From Pseudomonadota bacterium (GTDB lineage: Bacteria > UBA10199 > 2-02-FULL-44-16 > JAAZCA01): a stretch of 10,364 nucleotides of DNA. Under the pieces are notes generated by a model that had not been told where the DNA came from, ran no database searches, and worked only from the letters and a program-made list of their open reading frames with translations. The stretch spans positions 1-10,364 of the forward strand of contig JAZDOG010000079.1 of the NCBI GenBank assembly GCA_043798915.1, read 5' to 3'. Shown here piece after piece: positions 5,949 to 10,364 of the stretch (position 1 is its first letter; every line of letters begins with the position of its first letter). The translations under genes were made by a program, and so were the position numbers.

Positions 5949-8774
5949 TCAGATAGTCAGAATGCGGTGCGGTTCATCCACAAACAGCAGGTAGCATTCG
6001 ACCGGACGCTCATCGAAGAGTCCCTGCAGGATGGTGCGGTAGCGGATCATCTGGGGGCGGTACTTGTCGGCAAGGTGGCCGACGCGTCCCGTTTTGAAGT
6101 CGATGAGGGTGATGCGGTCGGGGGCAATGATCAGCCGGTCGACGATGCCGAACGATCGGGTATCGGAGAGGTGCTGTTCGGTGAGCACGGTCCCGGGACG
6201 GAAGATGATCTCACGCACCTTCTGGTCGCTTAGGAACCGGTTAGCGGCGGCGAGTTCCTCTACGGCGAGGTCGCTCCGATCTATCGTTCTGGAATCATCG
6301 GTGAGCCCGGCGAGCGCCGCATGGATGCGCAGACCGCGCTCGATTCCCGCCTCGATGGTGGCCGAGCGCAAGGCCGGATCCATTTCATCGCTGACAGCCG
6401 GCTCGACGATAAATTCGGCGAGGCCGGGCGCTGTCAGTGCCTCGTGTTCGGAGGGTCGTGGTTTCTCGAGACCATAGTCATGCCGCCAGCCGAATGCGGT
6501 CCGCTCGGCGCCCGGTATCGTCCTTTCGGCGGTGCGATACATCAGTTCACTGAACCCTTTGCGTTTTCCTTCCTTGTCGACCCGTAGGAGGATCACCAGA
6601 CTTTTCACGGCGCGGGTCGCGGCGACATAGAGGAGGTTGGCCGTTTCCTCGGCTTTTTCTTCTTTTAGCGCTAACGCTGCCTCCGCGATGGCGTCCGCCC
6701 CTGCAATCGGGCCGGTGGCGAGAAAAGCGATCTCGCCTTTGTCCAGGCTGAGCGGACAGCCATCATCGGGATGCCGTATCTCGGGGATCTTGTCGAGTCC
6801 TTCTTTCCAGAAGAGAAACACATGGGGAAATTCAAGGCCCTTGGTGCTGTGTATCGTTGCCAGTTTCACCCGGTCTGCGTGCTCTCCTTCGGGTACGGTG
6901 ATGAGGTGCGACATCGCCATCAGATAGCGCAGAAAGGTGGAGGCGTCGACGGCGTCGGGGCGGTTAAAGTAGCGCTCCGCCTCATCCCACAGCGTTTCGA
7001 CGAGCACCCGCGGGAAATAGGGCAGAAGGTCGCGCAGGGCGGCGGCAAAGGCCGCGAAACAGTGGGGCCGGGGCGCCGTTCCGATAGTCCCGGCAAGTCG
7101 TGAGAGGACGGTAGTCAATGTTTCGTCATAGCCCAGCGTCGAGAGGGCGCGGGGGATGAAGCGGCCGTCGTGTTCGGTAAAAAGGGCGATGAGCGAAAGA
7201 GTGAGAGCGGTCCCTTCTCGGAACGACAGCACCTCGCGGCCGCGGAGACCGGAGGAGAGTACCCCTTCCTGTACCAGTGCCGCTGCAATCTTGTCCATGT
7301 GGGCATTGGTCCGGCATAGGACCGCTATATCGCCCCACGTGCATCCGCAATCGGCTTTTTTTTGCTTGATGGCTTCGATGAGCCGTTCATACGCCGGAGA
7401 GTCGCCGGCGCCGCAATATGCCGGTATGACCGCGACCTCGGAGATGCCGCTGTAGGGATGCTTCGGTTCTTCGGGCGGCGCCTGGGGATGCGCTTTTTCG
7501 GTACCAGCGAACAGGTCGGCGACCAGATGGTTGAAGAATGCGATGAGAAGCGGCGTCGAGCGGTAGTTGTAAGGCAGCGGCTCGGTGGCTATCTGTCCAC
7601 TCAGTACAGCAGGGGCTATACATGCCTTCAGGTGATCGGGCGCCGCATCCCGCCACTGGTAGATCGACTGCTTCCAGTCTCCCACGAGGAAGAGCGACCG
7701 TTCCCCCTCGGCGTTCTCCCCCACGCAACCGAGGATATCATCGAGGAGGGGTCGGAGCAGGTCGAACTGTATCTTCGAAGTGTCTTGGAACTCATCGAGG
7801 AGCAGATGCGTCGTCCGGTGGAATCCCAGTTCGTAGAGGCGCGCCGTGAAGAGCGGCCGGTCGGGGCTTTCGGGGCCGTCAAGGGCGAGAAGCGCCCGGG
7901 GGATATCCTCGAAATACAGGCGGCCGAGCCTTTCCTTCTCCTCGGTGAGTAGCTCAGCGCGCAACGTGCTGAAGCGCTTGAGCAGGGCACTGCGCAAGCG
8001 CTTGGTGTTGATGAGATGCTCGGCGATAAGGCGGCGCATCGGAGGATAAAGGTCCTGTAGTATGGCGTAGGCGGGCGACTTGCGATCGGTGTTTGCCACC
8101 TTGACTTCCGACACGGCGGATTTGAGAAACAGCGCTTTATCGAGCTCCACCTCTTCGATCGGTTTGAGCAGAGGGGTGACGACCAGTCGGCGCAGATTCC
8201 CCGTCGTTTCCTCCGTGACTTCCCGCACCTGTTCCTGCAGTCTCTCGTATTCGGCGACAATGCGCGCCTGTCTTCCCTTGAGTTCATCCAGCCGGCTGTC
8301 GGGACACTCCCACGCCGCCAGCACATCCTTGCTCTTGTCAAGCGCATCGATCAGCGACTCGGGCTGCAGATTAAGGATGCGCGCCGCGATCAGGATAGTT
8401 TCGATGTCGGCGAGGATGCGCGGATGTTGAAAAAAACGCTCGTCAGCGCCTGCGGTGATCAGTGCACGCTCGTGATCGTCGGCAATCTGCGGCGCATATT
8501 CCTCGGTCGCGAGGACGCGGTGGAAGAGCGCATCGATGGTCGAGAAATGGACCTTGGCGGCGCGCATGATGAGCCGCAGCTTTTCGGTTGCGCTCTCAGG
8601 CCCGTTCTCGATCTCTTCGAGTATCCGTTTCTCCATCTCGGCCGCTGCGGCGCGGGTAAAGGTGGCGGCGACGACGAATACCGTGTCGCATCCGATATGG
8701 CGGCGCACCTCTCGAGTAAGGCAGAAGGTCTTCCCGGAACCGGCCGAGGCGGTGACGAAGAGGCTTTTCACCAT
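5949..8774 (-). CDS. addA: AddA/RecB-like SF1 (UvrD-family) ATP-dependent helicase with C-terminal PD-(D/E)XK nuclease
   Basis: Start reassigned to the ATG at 8774 (941 aa): GGGAGG RBS 6 nt upstream and overlap with the upstream stop (ATGGTGA). Helicase motifs: ASAGSGKT, TFTRAAAAEM, TIDALF, LLDEFQDTS, VGDWKQSIYQWR, NYRS, IAVLCRTN, TIHSTKGLEF and LYVAATRA. Nuclease motifs: GLRIH, GIVDRL, LIDFKTG and QMIRY. Confidence 0.88.
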   Translation of the reverse strand: MVKSLFVTASAGSGKTFCLTREVRRHIGCDTVFVVAATFTRAAAAEMEKRILEEIENGPESATEKLRLIMRAAKVHFSTIDALFHRVLATEEYAPQIADDHERALITAGADERFFQHPRILADIETILIAARILNLQPESLIDALDKSKDVLAAWECPDSRLDELKGRQARIVAEYERLQEQVREVTEETTGNLRRLVVTPLLKPIEEVELDKALFLKSAVSEVKVANTDRKSPAYAILQDLYPPMRRLIAEHLINTKRLRSALLKRFSTLRAELLTEEKERLGRLYFEDIPRALLALDGPESPDRPLFTARLYELGFHRTTHLLLDEFQDTSKIQFDLLRPLLDDILGCVGENAEGERSLFLVGDWKQSIYQWRDAAPDHLKACIAPAVLSGQIATEPLPYNYRSTPLLIAFFNHLVADLFAGTEKAHPQAPPEEPKHPYSGISEVAVIPAYCGAGDSPAYERLIEAIKQKKADCGCTWGDIAVLCRTNAHMDKIAAALVQEGVLSSGLRGREVLSFREGTALTLSLIALFTEHDGRFIPRALSTLGYDETLTTVLSRLAGTIGTAPRPHCFAAFAAALRDLLPYFPRVLVETLWDEAERYFNRPDAVDASTFLRYLMAMSHLITVPEGEHADRVKLATIHSTKGLEFPHVFLFWKEGLDKIPEIRHPDDGCPLSLDKGEIAFLATGPIAGADAIAEAALALKEEKAEETANLLYVAATRAVKSLVILLRVDKEGKRKGFSELMYRTAERTIPGAERTAFGWRHDYGLEKPRPSEHEALTAPGLAEFIVEPAVSDEMDPALRSATIEAGIERGLRIHAALAGLTDDSRTIDRSDLAVEELAAANRFLSDQKVREIIFRPGTVLTEQHLSDTRSFGIVDRLIIAPDRITLIDFKTGRVGHLADKYRPQMIRYRTILQGLFDERPVECYLLFVDEPHRILTI

Positions 8775-10364
8775 GGGCGGCCTCCCTTCCGGTAGAGGTC
8801 GGGTCTGAGGCATAGCGCCTTGTAGGGACAGTAAGGACAAACGCCGGCACGGGTGTTCGGGGTGAAGCGTTCCGCCTCCAGCATCCGGTCGAGACGCCGG
8901 GCGATGCGCTCCATCGTCGAGTCGCAGTCGGCCAGTTCCTTCTCCGCGAGTCGCCTCTCATAGTCGCCGCGCACTTTCGGCCGCAGGAAAATATGGGCTG
9001 CATCGAGTGAGTCGGCGGTCGCTACTGCGTTGTGCAGGGCAAGATAGGCATAGATGATCAGTTGGAACCGCTCGTCGAATGAGTCCGGTTCTTCGACCAG
9101 GTCCGCCAGTCGGTCCTTTTTGGAATTCTTTTTCTTTTCCTTGTACTTCAGGTCAGCGATCAGCATTTTCCCCGCATGCCGCTGCAGCCGGTCGATGCGC
9201 CCCTTGATCCGGTAGCGGTCATCGCCGAAAGATGCGGTCAGATCAAGTTCGGCTGCCGTCACCTCGTCGGAAAAAAGGAGCCGCTTTTCCGGCTCCCGTT
9301 CCCAGGCGGCGATATCGGCCAGAGTGCTGTGGACGATCGCCTTGCGGACCGCGTGGTCGGGAAGTTTCGCACGCAGCTCCACGTCGCTCTCCCATCGCTC
9401 TTCAAACAGACCGCGCCACCGCTCGATGGCGGGGCGATGATCTTTCAGCTTCGCGAAGAAGTGGTGGAGGAAATTCCCGATGAGAAGATTGGCATGCTCT
9501 TCGTCTTCAAAGCAGGGAGGGGGTGTCACTTCCTGCAGGTCTTCAAGGATGAAGCGGTATGGACAGGAGAAAAAGAGCCCCAGCGAACTGAACGACCATG
9601 CGTGCCGCCGAAGTTGCCCGCTCAATTCAACACTGTTCTCTATGGCGGGGATACCGACCGGCGCGCTAAACGGCGTCGGCGCCATCAGCCGTTTCACCGG
9701 TTTTTTGCCGAACTCGGTGGCAAGGAACGAGAAGTGGGGTGACGGGGCCTCTCCCTCTACCTGATCGTAAATGGCGGCGATGTGGGCCGTGCGGCCGAAC
9801 GAAAGAAACTGCCGCAGTGCGAGATCGTCGGCCTCGAAGCGCGCCCGGTGGATACGCGGCAGGTGTATCAGGTTCAGGTAGGGTCCGCGGAAGGGTTTGT
9901 GCGGGAAGATGCCACTGTTCATCGGCAGGATCACGGCGCGCTGATAGGGGATGCCGGTTGCGTCGCCCATCCCCACCACTTGGATCGGTGCGTTGCGCTT
10001 GCCACGCAGGTGCAGTTTCTTTGCGGCAACAAGGTACTCGGCGAGTGGTGACCACTCATCACCCATCAACGGGCGGAACCGCGCCAGTTCATCGCACAAC
10101 GTGATCGCCCCCTCGAAAGCGGCGCGGTCGGCCTCGTCGAGCTCATTCCACCGGGCAGAGAGCTCGGAGACGAGATCCTGCCGCACCGGCGCCAATCCCT
10201 CACCGCTGCGGATTGCATCGCGCAAACGATGCGCCGCTGCGAAGTGGGCGAAGGGGAGCCACGGCACAAAGTTAACCTGTCCGCCGAGCGGCCGAAAGAG
10301 AAGTTCCCACAGATAGAACGAGAGGGTCTCGTCGAGAAGCACGATGAAGAGTTGTCCCGTATCG
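8768..10364 (-). CDS. addB: AddB-like PD-(D/E)XK nuclease subunit with four-Cys Fe-S staple (5' partial)
   Basis: The frame stays open to the right edge (..DTGQLFIVLLDET..), so the 10342 start in the track is internal. Motifs: WSFSSL..FFSCPYRF, IGNFLH, KGRIDRL, IADLKY, FQLIIY and C-terminal CPYCPYKALC. It is directly upstream of and overlaps addA. Confidence 0.83.
   Translation of the reverse strand, partial: DTGQLFIVLLDETLSFYLWELLFRPLGGQVNFVPWLPFAHFAAAHRLRDAIRSGEGLAPVRQDLVSELSARWNELDEADRAAFEGAITLCDELARFRPLMGDEWSPLAEYLVAAKKLHLRGKRNAPIQVVGMGDATGIPYQRAVILPMNSGIFPHKPFRGPYLNLIHLPRIHRARFEADDLALRQFLSFGRTAHIAAIYDQVEGEAPSPHFSFLATEFGKKPVKRLMAPTPFSAPVGIPAIENSVELSGQLRRHAWSFSSLGLFFSCPYRFILEDLQEVTPPPCFEDEEHANLLIGNFLHHFFAKLKDHRPAIERWRGLFEERWESDVELRAKLPDHAVRKAIVHSTLADIAAWEREPEKRLLFSDEVTAAELDLTASFGDDRYRIKGRIDRLQRHAGKMLIADLKYKEKKKNSKKDRLADLVEEPDSFDERFQLIIYAYLALHNAVATADSLDAAHIFLRPKVRGDYERRLAEKELADCDSTMERIARRLDRMLEAERFTPNTRAGVCPYCPYKALCLRPDLYRKGGRPW

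Noticed and set aside
8775..8840. 22-aa N-terminal extension of addA given in the ORF track
   Set aside because: It lies inside the addB Cys-cluster coding region. The ATG at 8774 has a GGGAGG RBS, couples to the addB stop and places Walker A near the N-terminus as expected.
8768..9600. Cas4-like four-Cys nuclease suggesting CRISPR adaptation
   Set aside because: The same fold is the C-terminal domain of AddB. It is part of a long protein coupled to a UvrD-type helicase, and there are no cas genes or repeat-spacer arrays in the window.

Overview
This is a GC-rich bacterial chromosomal window with mostly housekeeping genes. The gene set suggests an anaerobe, possibly Deltaproteobacteria/Syntrophales-like, but that is inference. 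The minus strand carries a partial AddB-like PD-(D/E)XK nuclease with four Fe-S cysteines, translationally coupled to a compact AddA-like SF1 helicase-nuclease, followed by aquaporin Z. Further left on the minus strand are a TraB/PrgY/GumN-family membrane protein, a zinc-ribbon rhomboid protease, a class A flavodiiron protein (FprA) and the first 20 codons of a secreted protein or lipoprotein. The only plus-strand gene is an RlmD-type 23S rRNA m5U methyltransferase. I found no mobile element, CRISPR array, tRNA or rRNA. The most interesting unexplained signal is the aqpZ 5' region: a candidate promoter, a compact two-hairpin junction, a short uORF and a strong intrinsic terminator all lie before the aqpZ start codon. 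This is the layout of a riboswitch or attenuator, and I cannot assign it to a known family. I cannot claim a new system from the sequence alone.
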